Source: an uncultured Nitrospinota bacterium
GTDB taxonomy: Bacteria; Tectomicrobia; Entotheonellia; J063; CAVPRW01
Assembly (NCBI GenBank): GCA_963707985.1
Contig: CAVPRW010000047.1
Span: 18,382 to 82,381, forward strand
Direction: 5' to 3'
DNA length: 64,000 nt
Shown here: one piece after another, positions 21,338-31,660 of the stretch
Numbering within the stretch: the first letter of the stretch is position 1
Layout of the letters: each line of letters starts with the position of its first letter
Program-made: the position numbers and the translations under genes
The notes under the pieces: generated by a model
What the model was told of the DNA's origin: nothing
The model's database searches: none
The model's input: the letters and a program-made list of their open reading frames with translations, nothing else

Positions 21338-22150
21338 TTGATCGAGCCGGATCACCCCCGGCTCAGCGTTGCCCGGCAGTGTGCCCTGCTGGGGTTATCA
21401 CGGTCGAGTTTTTACTATAGGTCACCAGGAGAACGTGCGGAGCATCTGTATTTGATGCGCTTGTTGGATGAACAGTACACGCGGACGCCCTTTTATGGGG
21501 TCCGCCGGATGACGGTGTGGCTTCGGCAGCCAGGGTATTCGGTGAATCCCAAACGGGTGGTGCGGTTGCTGCGAACCATGGGGTTGGAGACGATCGATCC
21601 CACACCGCGTACGACTCACCCGCATCCTGCGCATCGCGTATACCCGTACTTGCTGCGTGGGGTGCCCATGACGCGGGTGAACCAAGTCTGGAGTACCGAT
21701 ATCACCTATGTGCGGCTGCATGGCGGGTTTGTCTACCTGGTCGCGGTGATGGATTGGTGCAGCCGGTATGTGCTGTCCTGGGCGGTGTCGATCACCATGG
21801 ATGTGGGCTTCTGTTTGGAGGCGTTGGAGCAAGCCCTTGGTGTGGCCACCCCGCTTATCTGCAACAGTGACCAGGGGGCACAGTTTACGAGCCTGGAGTT
21901 TACAGGGCGGTTAGCGGCCGCGGGGATCCAGATTCGTATGGACGGGCGGGGACGGGCACTGGACAACGTCTTTATCGAGCGGCTGTGGCGGACGGTCAAA
22001 TATGAGGAGGTCTATTTGAAGGATGATGGCACGCCCAGGGAGGCGAGGCAGGGGTTAGGGCAGTTCTTTCAGTTATACAATGAGCAGCGTCCTCACCAGG
22101 CGTTGGGGTATCAGACGCCAGCGACAATGTATTTCGGTTCGCACGCCTAG
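21338..22150 (+). CDS. IS3 transposase OrfB (DDE)
   Basis: WSTDITY, NSDQGAQF, DNVFIERLWRTVKYE. Confidence 0.9.
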   Translation: MIEPDHPRLSVARQCALLGLSRSSFYYRSPGERAEHLYLMRLLDEQYTRTPFYGVRRMTVWLRQPGYSVNPKRVVRLLRTMGLETIDPTPRTTHPHPAHRVYPYLLRGVPMTRVNQVWSTDITYVRLHGGFVYLVAVMDWCSRYVLSWAVSITMDVGFCLEALEQALGVATPLICNSDQGAQFTSLEFTGRLAAAGIQIRMDGRGRALDNVFIERLWRTVKYEEVYLKDDGTPREARQGLGQFFQLYNEQRPHQALGYQTPATMYFGSHA

Positions 22151-22197
22151 CAGTCTATCTTATTTTGCGACTCAAATTGTCTTGACAACGGGGTACA

Positions 22198-22828
22198 CCG
22201 CAGTTTCCAGTGCACCTATGGTGTAAATATTCTTCTCCTGCTCCGAAATTTCGGCCCATTTGTATGGTGTCATGAACCGCAATGAGCGAGTTTCTGGCGA
22301 CTCACTTTCCGAGGTACCTCCTACCTTTTCATGCGAGAGACGTATAGGCTCGCATTCTGTCACGTGGATCCAGAGACGGTCGCGCCACTGGTTTTCGTCT
22401 ATGTGCGGCAAGTCCTGGAACCTTTCGACAATCGTGCAGGTCACGTCTCCCTTTCGGGCCAAAACCTTCCCAGCCCATTGCATGTCTTCCAGTATCTCCT
22501 TCACGAAAATAAATTTCACAGTCAGGGATCGATCCTTAACAGTGATTGTATCGCCTAGTTTGATGGCTTCTGGGATCCCTTCTTTCCCGACAGGACCGGA
22601 GACGAGGGTTACGAAGTAATTCTTGTGCGCATACATCGTTGCACTATTGTTCCTGACTCCCACTGCCGTAGCCTCGTACTCCCGTGTCTTCTCGCCGGCA
22701 GCGCCAATAGTGACAACCATAAGGATTAGCAACGTAGCAGTTCCTATCCGAGCTGCTCGTCGGATCATCCTGTGGAGGGTGCTCGCGTTGCAGAGGCGAA
22801 GGATTTCACGTAGGCTCATGCTTTCCAT
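22198..22828 (-). CDS. Hypothetical exported protein, C-terminus cut by IS3; possible cassette gene (start uncertain)
   Basis: Hydrophobic N-terminal segment; visibly lower GC than flanks; ORF runs into the IS3 end. Confidence 0.5.
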
Positions 22829-22829
22829 C

Positions 22830-23149
22830 CAGAGGATTGCTCCGCCCTCAGTCCTTGCCCGGACACCCCGCAGATCTCCCGCGGTAAGCTGTCATCCCGT
22901 CGGTGCATAGACGCTAGATTTATACAGCACGCCCCAACTGTGGATGGCGGGCTTTGCGGTCGCGTGCCCACTCGTCCCGAACGTACCACACCTCGGGTCC
23001 GGTTCGTATCCCTCGCCCCGCACCTTCGTTCCACGCCTCCTTCAGACCCCACCTCACGGTGACGCCCGTGCGCTTCCCGTGCCCTCCGGCTCCACAAACA
23101 CCTGGACAGGAGACTTTCACTCCCAAGCATGACAGCATGCACGGCACAC
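22830..23149 (-). ncRNA. 5' fragment (domain I region) of a class C group II intron; no RT ORF
   Basis: Starts GTGTGCCGTGCATG..GGGAGTGAAAGTCTCC; later CTTACCGCGGGAGATCTG; lies immediately after a stem-loop (attC). Confidence 0.75.
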
Positions 23150-23203
23150 ACGCTAGGCCTGAGCCGCGCGGGTCACCGCGTCGGCTCCAGGCCCTGGTTA
23201 GAC
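23150..23203 (-). mobile_element. Integron attC site interrupted at R' (GT^T) by the intron
   Basis: GTCTAAC-CAG-GGCCTG(G)AGCCG(A)CGCGG-TGAC-CCGCGCGGCTCAGGCC-TAGC-GT; two unpaired bases; would be 59 bp if complete. Confidence 0.8.
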
Positions 23204-23497
23204 CTCGCTCGGGCACGAACCAGACGCACTTCGAGACGGCAACCCACCGCCTCGGCATACTTCCGCAAGGTGGCTAGAGAAGGCGAATGCTTGCCACTCG
23301 TCAGCGACGCCTCTAAACGCGTCACCGCTGGGGGCTTTGTGCCCATACGCTCAGCTACCTGTGCCTGGGTGAGGCCAGCGTCTTGGCGGGCCTGCAACAT
23401 TTGGCGCAAGAATCTCGAATTCTGGTCCCAGTGCCTCATAGGCGGCTCGCACTGCTGGTTTTTGCAGTGCTGTCTGCTTCACTTCACCGTGGGTCAT
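23173..23497 (-). CDS. XRE/HigA-type HTH antitoxin with one +1 frameshift at ~23410
   Basis: MTHGEVK..AVRAAYEALGPEFE then LRQMLQARQDAGLTQAQVAERMGT..VTRLE..SPSLATLRKYA. Confidence 0.8.
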
Positions 23498-23501
23498 GGC
23501 G

Positions 23502-23819
23502 CTACACCTCTTGCAATCTGCGTTTGGCTATCTCAAGTTCCCGTTTGGGCGTCTGCTGTGATTTCTTGATAAAGACGTGGAGCATGACAATATGTCGTTG
23601 AACAACGGTGCAGTAGAATATTCTGGCGATCCCTTCCTGCCCTTTGACGCATAACTCGAAGAGCCCTTCCCCCATGGCACGCGTGTGGGGCATACCAAGA
23701 TTGGGGCCGAACTCGATCATTAAATCGGTGAGCCGCAAATATCGGGCGAGGAGGCCGGATGGTATGCGCAGGACCGCTTGCTCGACAGTTTGGTTGTAGT
23801 ATTCGATACCCCATACCAT
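23502..23819 (-). CDS. RelE/ParE-superfamily (HigB/Gp49-like) toxin
   Basis: GPNLGMPHTRAMGEGLFEL..GQEGIARIFYC...LHVFIKKSQQTP. Confidence 0.88.
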   Translation of the reverse strand: MVWGIEYYNQTVEQAVLRIPSGLLARYLRLTDLMIEFGPNLGMPHTRAMGEGLFELCVKGQEGIARIFYCTVVQRHIVMLHVFIKKSQQTPKRELEIAKRRLQEV

Positions 23820-23829
23820 GAGGTAAAGA

Positions 23830-23843
23830 TAACATATTTGTTA
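23830..23843. promoter_or_regulatory. Palindromic operator of the TA promoter
   Basis: TAACA-TATT-TGTTA just upstream of the toxin start. Confidence 0.5.
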
Positions 23844-24139
23844 CTGCATGGCCATGAGGGTTTTAGAGGTCTAAACCATTGCTTAACGGGCTATTTTGCC
23901 CTGGAAATCTGATATTAATGGGATTTTCGGGCAGTTTTGCCCGATACCTGTTAGCAGCGATCTGCGGACACCACCACAGCATGATTGTATGCCTGCCCCG
24001 GAGGGAAATCGACAACCCACACTCCTTGGAGATTTGCTCCTCCCCGTGCCCACCCTCCTGGGTTACGCCGATTCGCACACGAGTGAAGAAGCGAACCCAC
24101 GTCGTGAGGTGTAACGTAATGTTGCAGGGTGGTCGGAAA

Positions 24140-26092
24140 TCAGGGCAGAAGATAGCGCTGAAACCATGCCAACATGCGGCCTAGATACTCTTCGCGCATC
24201 TTCGGATGGCCAACACGCAGGAATAAGTGCGAACAGTCCGGGAACCGCACGAATTCTACCTCTTTGCCGTGGCGCTTCAGCGCGACAAAGTATTGCTCCC
24301 CTTGCTCGATGGGGCAGCGTAGATCGGCCTCCCCATGGAGTAGCAGCACCGGCGTCTCCACGGCTGGGGCATAGGTCAGTGGAGAGCGCTCGACCGCCTG
24401 TGCCAAGGCCTCCCAGCGGGTGCCCCGCCATTGCACCTCGCCGAAGCTGACGCCGATATCGGAGGTACCATACATACTGGGCAAATCGATACATGGGGCG
24501 CCCACCACCGCGGCTTCGAAGCGCGATGTATGGCCAATGATCCAACTACTCATGTAGCCACCATAGCTATAGCCGTGCACTCCCAGACGTGTATCATCGA
24601 CGTAAGGACGTGATACGACTGCGTCCACTGCCGCCATGAGGTCCTGATAATCCTCTCCACCCCAGTCCCCTAGCACTGCCATGGTAAAGGCATTGCCGTA
24701 GGTGGTGGAGCCGCGGGGGTTGGCGGCGAGCACGATGAATCCCGCCGTGGCCAACACCTGTTGCGGAAGGTTGAACGCATCGTAAAAGGCGGAATGGGGC
24801 CCTCCGTGAATATCGAGCACCAGGGGATAGCGTTGCGTTGGGTCGAAGCTCGTCGGCAACCAAAGACGGCATTCGATTTCCATCCCTTGGCGGTGGATGG
24901 TGAACTTTTCGAGACGGGCCGGTGGGCACTCTACAAAGTAGTCGAGATTGTCGTCAGTCAACTGTTTCAGGGAACCACACGAAGTCTCCACGAGATACAG
25001 GACTCCAGGGGAGCCCGGTGGCGTGGCTGCCAGCACAGCTTGTCCTGCGTCCTGGTCAAGCGTCAGGGCCGTAGCCTGAAAACCGCCCCCGGCGATCGGT
25101 CGTGCGCGGCCTGCGGCGACAGGGACCTCATAGAGGTAGGACTGACCACGGACGTCGCCAATCAGCAAAATCCGCTCGTCGGCGGTCCAGCGCAGCTCTG
25201 GGGCAGACATGATGGGATAGAATCCGGTGGCCGGTCGGAAGGCATCGTCGGTGATGCGCCGAGGTGCCTGCCCAGGGCCTACGATGAAGAGCCATCCCTG
25301 TGAGCCAGCACTCCCATTGGGATCGTCGGAGGCGACCAGCACCAGCTGGCTGCTATCGGGCGACCACGCTAGGGCGCCGATGCTGTAGAGCTCCCCAGAC
25401 CAACACGTGGGCTCTCCACCGCCCACGGGCACGACATACACCTCGCTGTAGGCCCGGATATCTCGCTCGGGCCGGCGTGCGGAGATGAATGCGATGTGTC
25501 GACCATTGGGTGACCAGGCGGGAGAGAGATCATCCCAATCGCCATCCGTTAGTTGGCGGGCATCTCCTCTAGTCACATCGATCAGAAACAGGTGGCGATG
25601 TGTCTCACCTCGCCAGCCGAGCGTGTCGTAGCGGTAACGCAGGCGCCGGACCACCTTGACGCGTGGTTCCTTCTTCATCTCTTGCTCTGCGGGTAGGCGT
25701 TCCGGATCGACATCGGTCGTAAAGACAAGCCGCTGCCCATCCGACGACCAGGCAAATTCGGCAACGCCTCCAGGGGCATGGGTGAGTTGCCACGCCTCGC
25801 CACCGTGCACCGGCATCAGCCAGACCTGCCGCGGCTGGTTGTCGCCTCGTCGCAGGAAGGCGAGATAGCGCCCATCGGGAGAGAATCGAGGCAAGGCATC
25901 GTGCATCCCATGCGTGAAGACCTCTGTTCGGTCATCGCTCAAAGTCCGCAACATGATGTGCGAACACCCTGCCATCGTGTCGCGAGCAATCCAGGATCGT
26001 ACAAAAGCTAGGCGCTGTCCGTCCGGTGTGAAATGGGGATCGGCAACACCTGCCAGGTCGTAGATGGCATCAGGTCTAATGGGGTGTGACAT
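24140..26092 (-). CDS. S9-family (acylaminoacyl) peptidase
   Basis: PD40 propeller repeats; IHGGP; GYSYGG nucleophile; HGEADLRC; His in CSHL. Confidence 0.93.
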   Translation of the reverse strand: MSHPIRPDAIYDLAGVADPHFTPDGQRLAFVRSWIARDTMAGCSHIMLRTLSDDRTEVFTHGMHDALPRFSPDGRYLAFLRRGDNQPRQVWLMPVHGGEAWQLTHAPGGVAEFAWSSDGQRLVFTTDVDPERLPAEQEMKKEPRVKVVRRLRYRYDTLGWRGETHRHLFLIDVTRGDARQLTDGDWDDLSPAWSPNGRHIAFISARRPERDIRAYSEVYVVPVGGGEPTCWSGELYSIGALAWSPDSSQLVLVASDDPNGSAGSQGWLFIVGPGQAPRRITDDAFRPATGFYPIMSAPELRWTADERILLIGDVRGQSYLYEVPVAAGRARPIAGGGFQATALTLDQDAGQAVLAATPPGSPGVLYLVETSCGSLKQLTDDNLDYFVECPPARLEKFTIHRQGMEIECRLWLPTSFDPTQRYPLVLDIHGGPHSAFYDAFNLPQQVLATAGFIVLAANPRGSTTYGNAFTMAVLGDWGGEDYQDLMAAVDAVVSRPYVDDTRLGVHGYSYGGYMSSWIIGHTSRFEAAVVGAPCIDLPSMYGTSDIGVSFGEVQWRGTRWEALAQAVERSPLTYAPAVETPVLLLHGEADLRCPIEQGEQYFVALKRHGKEVEFVRFPDCSHLFLRVGHPKMREEYLGRMLAWFQRYLLP

Positions 26093-26164
26093 CGCAGCCC
26101 TCCTCGATCATGCCTTCCTACCGACCAGGACCAGCAGTGGATCCAACCCTGGATGGGTTTTTCA

Positions 26165-26815
26165 TTAGGGCGACATCGCCCGGCCCGAAAAGCCCTTGCG
26201 TGTTGAGACTCGCGGCCCCACCCCCTTGACCACGGTGGCAATCTCACGGCTGAGGCTGGCCACCGTCTGACTCATGGCGGCAACTATGGCGGTATACTCT
26301 TGCCCACCAGGGGAGGCACTGAAACGTGACCTTCCGCTCGTAAGGACTTCTTGTCCTTCGCCCTTAAAGAGCGTCCAGTCGGCAATCAACAGGCTGTCTC
26401 CGCCGACTTGACTCAGGAAGTGGGCCACATCCACGGTGATCTGGTAGTCGATCGGGGTAGCCCGCGGCCAGGGGGACATGGCGACGCGAGCTGTCGGCAG
26501 CAGGAGCGAGAGATTTTCGGCAAGCACGCGCGAAAAATTGTTATCGAGCGCTTCGGCCCAGCGATCGAACTCAGCCAGTTTGATCTCATAGGGGCTGGTA
26601 CGGGTGACAATCTGCGGTCGATCGACGTAGCGTGGCAAGGTCACCGGGCCGACGCCAATGGTGGGGCCTGGCTGGCCTGACGTTGCCGGCGAGGCCGTTT
26701 CTGTGTCGGGCATAGCGCTCAAGAGATAGAATCGCGACGGTTGGCTGGCACAGCCTCCTACCATCAGGGACGTCCCCAGAATCACTGCGACAAGTGCAAG
26801 CATACTGGCATGCAT
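26165..26815 (-). CDS. PqiC-like ABC transport auxiliary lipoprotein
   Basis: Lipobox VGGC; RFYLL; GVGPVTLPRYVDRPQIV; RWAEAL. Confidence 0.85.
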   Translation of the reverse strand: MHASMLALVAVILGTSLMVGGCASQPSRFYLLSAMPDTETASPATSGQPGPTIGVGPVTLPRYVDRPQIVTRTSPYEIKLAEFDRWAEALDNNFSRVLAENLSLLLPTARVAMSPWPRATPIDYQITVDVAHFLSQVGGDSLLIADWTLFKGEGQEVLTSGRSRFSASPGGQEYTAIVAAMSQTVASLSREIATVVKGVGPRVSTRKGFSGRAMSP

Positions 26816-26818
26816 CCT

Positions 26819-27901
26819 TTACCTCCGGTCCCCACCTTTCCCCGTGAGCAGCGCATTGGGATTACGCTCGAGGTAATCGACCAACACACGGATGGCACGT
26901 ACGGCTGTCGTAACCTCCTGCAGCGTCGCCACGAGATTGTCGTCAAGCCGCCGCTGCGCCGAGACCATGGTCGCTTGCGCCGTTTTGGCCGTATCCGTGA
27001 TGCTATCCGTCATGCGCATGACCTTGCCATCCGCATTGCGAACCAATTGCTGGCTATCCTTCAGGACCGCCCGCGCTGCCTCCATCGTTTGCTTGGCGCC
27101 GTCGGACAGTGGGATGATCTGGCCGTCGAGACGCCGGACTAACTGCTGGATGTCCGTGAGTACTGCTCGGCTAGCCGCCGAGGCGCCCCCCACATCGTCA
27201 AGTACTCGTCCCACCTGGCCATCCACCTGGCGCACAAGGTGCTGCACGTCGATCATCGTTTCGCTCATGGCGCGCACCGCCTCGAGCACTTCCGGGGCGT
27301 TCACCAATCGATTGGCGCCCTCGATGGTTTGCATGAAATTCACGAAGAGCTGTTCCAGGGGTAATTCTTGAATCTTCTCAAGGATGTTCTGGGCGGCCGC
27401 TTGCACCTGTTGCAGAGCGGTAGGTATGGTCGGCAGCTCGGGGACGTCGGGGTCACCCCCAACCAACCTGACGGGCGTGTCAGGATAGAAGCCCAGCTGC
27501 ACGAATAGTTGACCGGTGACCAAACTCTGCGTCTCCAATCGCGCCCGTAGCCCACGCTCGACCAGTGATTGAATAAAGCGCTTGCGATCGTCTCTATCTG
27601 CCCTGTGGCCCATTTCCTGGATGCTACCCGGCATGATTTCAATATACACCGGTGTGCGAAACGCCTGTTCGCGCCCCAAGTATTGCACCGCGACATTGGT
27701 TACCGATCCGACTTTGACTCCTTGAAAATCAACTGGTGCCCCAACGTTCAGCCCTTTCACCGACCCATCGAAGTACAACACAAACTGCCGTGTTTCGGTA
27801 AAGAAACGACCCCGCCCGAACACTAATAAGCCGATGACGATGAGTGCTAATGCACCGACGATAAAGGCGCCAATCACCGTTGGATTCGCCCGTCTACCCA
27901 T
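26819..27901 (-). CDS. MCE/MlaD-family protein
   Basis: IGAFIVGAL; FDGSVKGLNVGAPVDFQGVKVG; helical C-terminus LERNPNALL. Confidence 0.9.
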   Translation of the reverse strand: MGRRANPTVIGAFIVGALALIVIGLLVFGRGRFFTETRQFVLYFDGSVKGLNVGAPVDFQGVKVGSVTNVAVQYLGREQAFRTPVYIEIMPGSIQEMGHRADRDDRKRFIQSLVERGLRARLETQSLVTGQLFVQLGFYPDTPVRLVGGDPDVPELPTIPTALQQVQAAAQNILEKIQELPLEQLFVNFMQTIEGANRLVNAPEVLEAVRAMSETMIDVQHLVRQVDGQVGRVLDDVGGASAASRAVLTDIQQLVRRLDGQIIPLSDGAKQTMEAARAVLKDSQQLVRNADGKVMRMTDSITDTAKTAQATMVSAQRRLDDNLVATLQEVTTAVRAIRVLVDYLERNPNALLTGKGGDRR

Positions 27902-28012
27902 GCATGCCTCTCCTCGCTCCCAATGCTAGGCATCTGAGGTATGATTTATGGCTATGGGAGCATTCCACCACAATCTCGTACAGACTACCGTTACGGTGCT
28001 CCAGCTGCCGGC

Positions 28013-28807
28013 TTACCCTGCACCTCTGCCGGAGAGCGAGGGGGCCTGGGGCTTGAATTCTCCACGCGTGAGGAACTCACGCACCTTCAGGTCTGGGCAC
28101 TCATCGCGTAACACCTTTGGATCGCCGCTAGCGATCATCGTCTTGGTGTCTGCATCGAGAAACACCGAGTTGTTGCCAATGGAGAAAATACTCGCCAATT
28201 CGTGCGTCACCACGATCACCGTGGCGCCGAGACTGTCCCGAAGTTCCAGAATCAACTCGTCCAGCCGGCGCGAGCTAATAGGATCCAGGCCAGCCGAGGG
28301 TTCATCGAAGAAGAGGATATCGGGATCCAAGGCCATGGCCCTCGCCAGGCCCGCACGTTTCTGCATCCCACCACTGATTTCTGATGGATAGAAGGCATCG
28401 AAACCGGCCAGTCCGACCAGCGCCAGTTTGAGCGACACGACTTCGCGGATCTGGTCAGGGGGTAAGCTCGTATACTCCTGCAGCGGGAGCGCCACGTTCT
28501 CGGCCAGTGTCATTGAGCTCCACAGACCACCGCTCTGGAATAACACCCCGAAGCGCCGCTTAAGATGCTCTTGAGCCTCCGGTGGTGCCGTCCAGAAATT
28601 CTCACCCTCGATGAAGACGTCGCCCTTGGCCGGCGGCATGAGTCCGATCAGATGCCGCAGAAGTGTGCTCTTGCCGCAGCCGCTGCCACCCATAATAATG
28701 AAAATGTCCCCGCGTTGTACCGTGAAGGTGAGGTCGCGTTGGATCACAAAGCTGCCATAGGCCATGGTCAGATCCCGCACGATGATCGGTGCTGTCGCTG
28801 TCGTCAT
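28013..28807 (-). CDS. MlaF-like ABC ATPase
   Basis: GGSGCGKS; ISGGMQKRAGLARA; FDEPSAGLDP. Confidence 0.92.
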   Translation of the reverse strand: MTTATAPIIVRDLTMAYGSFVIQRDLTFTVQRGDIFIIMGGSGCGKSTLLRHLIGLMPPAKGDVFIEGENFWTAPPEAQEHLKRRFGVLFQSGGLWSSMTLAENVALPLQEYTSLPPDQIREVVSLKLALVGLAGFDAFYPSEISGGMQKRAGLARAMALDPDILFFDEPSAGLDPISSRRLDELILELRDSLGATVIVVTHELASIFSIGNNSVFLDADTKTMIASGDPKVLRDECPDLKVREFLTRGEFKPQAPSLSGRGAG

Positions 28808-28829
28808 CGCTGTCCTCACTCCTCTTGCC

Positions 28830-30005
28830 TTACCACACCTGAAGATAAATGACTGTCAAGATGGCAGACGCCACGATAATGCCCACAATGCTCGTGACCA
28901 CTGCCGAGGTGGCTGCCTGCCCCACTGCGGCAGCACTGCGTCCACTTTGCATGCCTCGCATGCAGCCAGCCAAGGCGATGATCACCCCATAGACGGCGCC
29001 TTTGATAAGTCCCTGGGCAATGTACTTGAGGGTGAGCGCCTCCTGGAGCTGATGAAAGTAGATCTTTACGGACACATCGAGCATCGTCACCCCAATGGCC
29101 GCGCCGCCCAACATCCCCATGAGGTCGGCATATACCGTCAACAACGGCACCATCAACACCAGGGCCAGCATCCGCGGGACTACGAGAAATTCCATAGGGG
29201 AGATGCCCAAGGTGGTCAAGGCATCGATCTCCTGGTTCACCTGCATGGTCCCGAGTTGCGCCGCAAAGGCCGCGCCGGTGCGACCTGACATGATGATGGC
29301 CGTCATCATCGCCCCCATCTCCAGCGCCATGGCCAATCCTACCAGGTTGGCGACATAGATCTGCGCGCCAAACTGCTGCAGTTGCACTGCGCCGATAAAG
29401 GCCAGGATGGCCCCCACTAAGAAACTGATCAGGGTCACAATCGGCAGGGCCTGGGCACCACACTCCTGCAAGAGCAGGAAGAGGTCGGACGCACGCAGAC
29501 TTGCCCGGCCCCGTAATAGCTGGAGAAAGGCCAGGAAGGCTTCGCCGATGAAGCGCAACATCTCGGATGCCTCCTCGACGACACCGATCCCCCATTTGCC
29601 AATACGAGCGAGAAAGGGATCCCGTGCCTCCCCCCGCCGGGCCTCTTGCCGCTCCGGCACGGCCGCGGCGAGGTCGAGGAGCCGCCTAATACCATCCGGG
29701 AGAGTGCCACGATCAATGGCGATTTGACGCGACCGGCACAGCTCTTCCACGTTGCGCAGGAAAGTGACCAGACCGCTGTCCCATCCGGTCAGCTCTGCGG
29801 TCTCAAAGGTCAGGCGCTGCACCGGGGCTGCAGCGTCGATCTGTTGCTGCAGCTCAGCTACCGTGGGTCGGTCGCTCTGCAGGGTCCAGCTCCCGGACAA
29901 GTGCACCAGCAATGTGCCCCCCGTGGGACGACTCACCTGTATCACGCCACGCTCCCGAGCGGTGTCTTTTACGGCATCCACGGCTTCCTTCTCCTCCACC
30001 AGCAT
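28830..30005 (-). CDS. MlaE-family permease with N-terminal STAS-like domain
   Basis: WDSG; GRTGAAFAAQLGTM..EIDAL; VGQAATSAVV. Confidence 0.9.
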   Translation of the reverse strand: MLVEEKEAVDAVKDTARERGVIQVSRPTGGTLLVHLSGSWTLQSDRPTVAELQQQIDAAAPVQRLTFETAELTGWDSGLVTFLRNVEELCRSRQIAIDRGTLPDGIRRLLDLAAAVPERQEARRGEARDPFLARIGKWGIGVVEEASEMLRFIGEAFLAFLQLLRGRASLRASDLFLLLQECGAQALPIVTLISFLVGAILAFIGAVQLQQFGAQIYVANLVGLAMALEMGAMMTAIIMSGRTGAAFAAQLGTMQVNQEIDALTTLGISPMEFLVVPRMLALVLMVPLLTVYADLMGMLGGAAIGVTMLDVSVKIYFHQLQEALTLKYIAQGLIKGAVYGVIIALAGCMRGMQSGRSAAAVGQAATSAVVTSIVGIIVASAILTVIYLQVW

Positions 30006-30037
30006 ACGCTCGCCACGCGGCGCTTGGGTCCGACGGA

Positions 30038-30535
30038 CTACTTTTCCAGCTTCACGCCGATGCCGGTCGGCGAGGGTGTGAGGGTGACATCTACCGTGGT
30101 CGCTGGCGAGGACAAGCTCAATGACACCATCACCCCGCGCTCATTGACCAATGACACCTGGCCGGACACCCGCCCAGCAGTCACGGCCCGATCAGTCACC
30201 TTATACGTCCCTTCAAAATCCGACAGCTTCGGTAAGTTGAATACTTCCCCGACCGCCTGGACAGAGATAATCGCCTCTCGCGTGCCGGTGACCCCCAGCC
30301 CACTCACCTCAAACGCATGCTGCGAGCCATCATTGAGGATCAGTGTACCTTTGCCCCAGGTAACGCCGCTGCTGCCACCTGGGGGCGTGGCCACCGTCCC
30401 CGTAAACGTCACAGCTCCGGCAGGCTTGAGAGGTTGGGCAGCAGGCTTGCGGGCCTGGCCTGCCTGTGCCACGACTCCCGAGAGCATCGCGATGCCGACC
30501 ACCAACGCCAGCACACCGCTGGATAGACGCTTCAT
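30038..30535 (-). CDS. Exported hypothetical protein (DUF1134/EipA-like)
   Basis: Signal peptide; GVTWGKGTL...F.VSGL...GEVFNL..LSDFEGTY. Confidence 0.55.
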   Translation of the reverse strand: MKRLSSGVLALVVGIAMLSGVVAQAGQARKPAAQPLKPAGAVTFTGTVATPPGGSSGVTWGKGTLILNDGSQHAFEVSGLGVTGTREAIISVQAVGEVFNLPKLSDFEGTYKVTDRAVTAGRVSGQVSLVNERGVMVSLSLSSPATTVDVTLTPSPTGIGVKLEK

Positions 30536-30877
30536 GCTTCCCCCCTTCGCGTGGATACTGTTATCCGGATGCGGCGGACATCTAACGTTCGAACAGCTCA
30601 AGCGTCCAGCAGCTTACCCTTCTTATGGCATACGGTCAAGCATCTGCCCTCCGGAAGGGGCCTATAGCCTGAGGCTCGTGGTAGCGGAGCACGTGGAGCA
30701 CAATGATTTTCTCTTGGCAGCTGGCACAGTGATCGTGTACAAACGATTGTGGTTGCCTAGAATGGATTAGCACTCGTCCGATCGCATACCGGACAGAAAA
30801 TCGTGCATGGATGTGAGACGCGACGGATGAGTCGTGCCCGTATGTAAGATGGTCCATATAAAGGTGTCATAGCGGCT

Positions 30878-31660
30878 ATGCGAATCTTCGCGATTTCGGA
30901 CCTCCACACCGATTTTCGAGAGAACATGGGGCTCGTTGAGCAGTTATCGAATGTCACCTATCAACGGGACATCCTCATTGCTGCCGGCGATATCTCTGAC
31001 AAGCTCGACACACTGAAAGCGACACTGGCGCTGCTGCGAGCGAAGTTCATGAAAATATTTTATGTGCCGGGGAATCATGAACTATGGGTGCGTAGGGAGC
31101 AGCAGACGTCGGTCGAGAAGTTTTTCAGCGTCCTGGCATTGTGCGAGGGGCTGGATATTCACACCGGCCCAGCGAAAATCGAAGCGGTGTGGATCGTGCC
31201 ACTGTTTTCCTGGTATGAGGCTCAATTCGATGCCGATAATAGCGGCGATTCCGACAGCCTGAGCGGCTGGGCTGATTTTTATCTCTGCAAATGGCCCACC
31301 GCCCTAGGACAGGTCGCTGATTTCTTTCTGAGAATGAATGAACCGCGTCTCCTGGCCTACGATGGTCCAGTCATCTCGTTCTCACATTTTCTCCCCAGGC
31401 GGGACCTGCTTCCAGCTGTAGAGCGTCTCAGATTCAAAGGCCTTCCCAAGGTTGCAGGCTGTGCGGGGATCGATGCGCAACTTCGCTCCTTAAATTCGCG
31501 CGTACATGTCTTCGGGCATAGCCACATCAGTTGTGACCGCGTCATCGATGGCGTACGGTACATCCAAAATCCGCTGCGTTATCCACGTGAGCGGACAATT
31601 GCGGCTTTTCCGATGAAGATCATCGCTGACAGCGGCCGTCTCACGTTCCCTCCCGCGTAG
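30878..31660 (+). CDS. Calcineurin-like metallophosphoesterase
   Basis: SDLH, AGD, PGNHE, SHFLP, FGHSH. Confidence 0.9.
   Translation: MRIFAISDLHTDFRENMGLVEQLSNVTYQRDILIAAGDISDKLDTLKATLALLRAKFMKIFYVPGNHELWVRREQQTSVEKFFSVLALCEGLDIHTGPAKIEAVWIVPLFSWYEAQFDADNSGDSDSLSGWADFYLCKWPTALGQVADFFLRMNEPRLLAYDGPVISFSHFLPRRDLLPAVERLRFKGLPKVAGCAGIDAQLRSLNSRVHVFGHSHISCDRVIDGVRYIQNPLRYPRERTIAAFPMKIIADSGRLTFPPA

Larger units (their letters stand above)
20954..22197 (+). mobile_element. IS3-family insertion sequence
   Basis: TG...CA ends (TGTACCCCG / CGGGGTACA); orfA/orfB with a slippery A-run at ~21298-21306; no target duplication seen. Confidence 0.92.
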
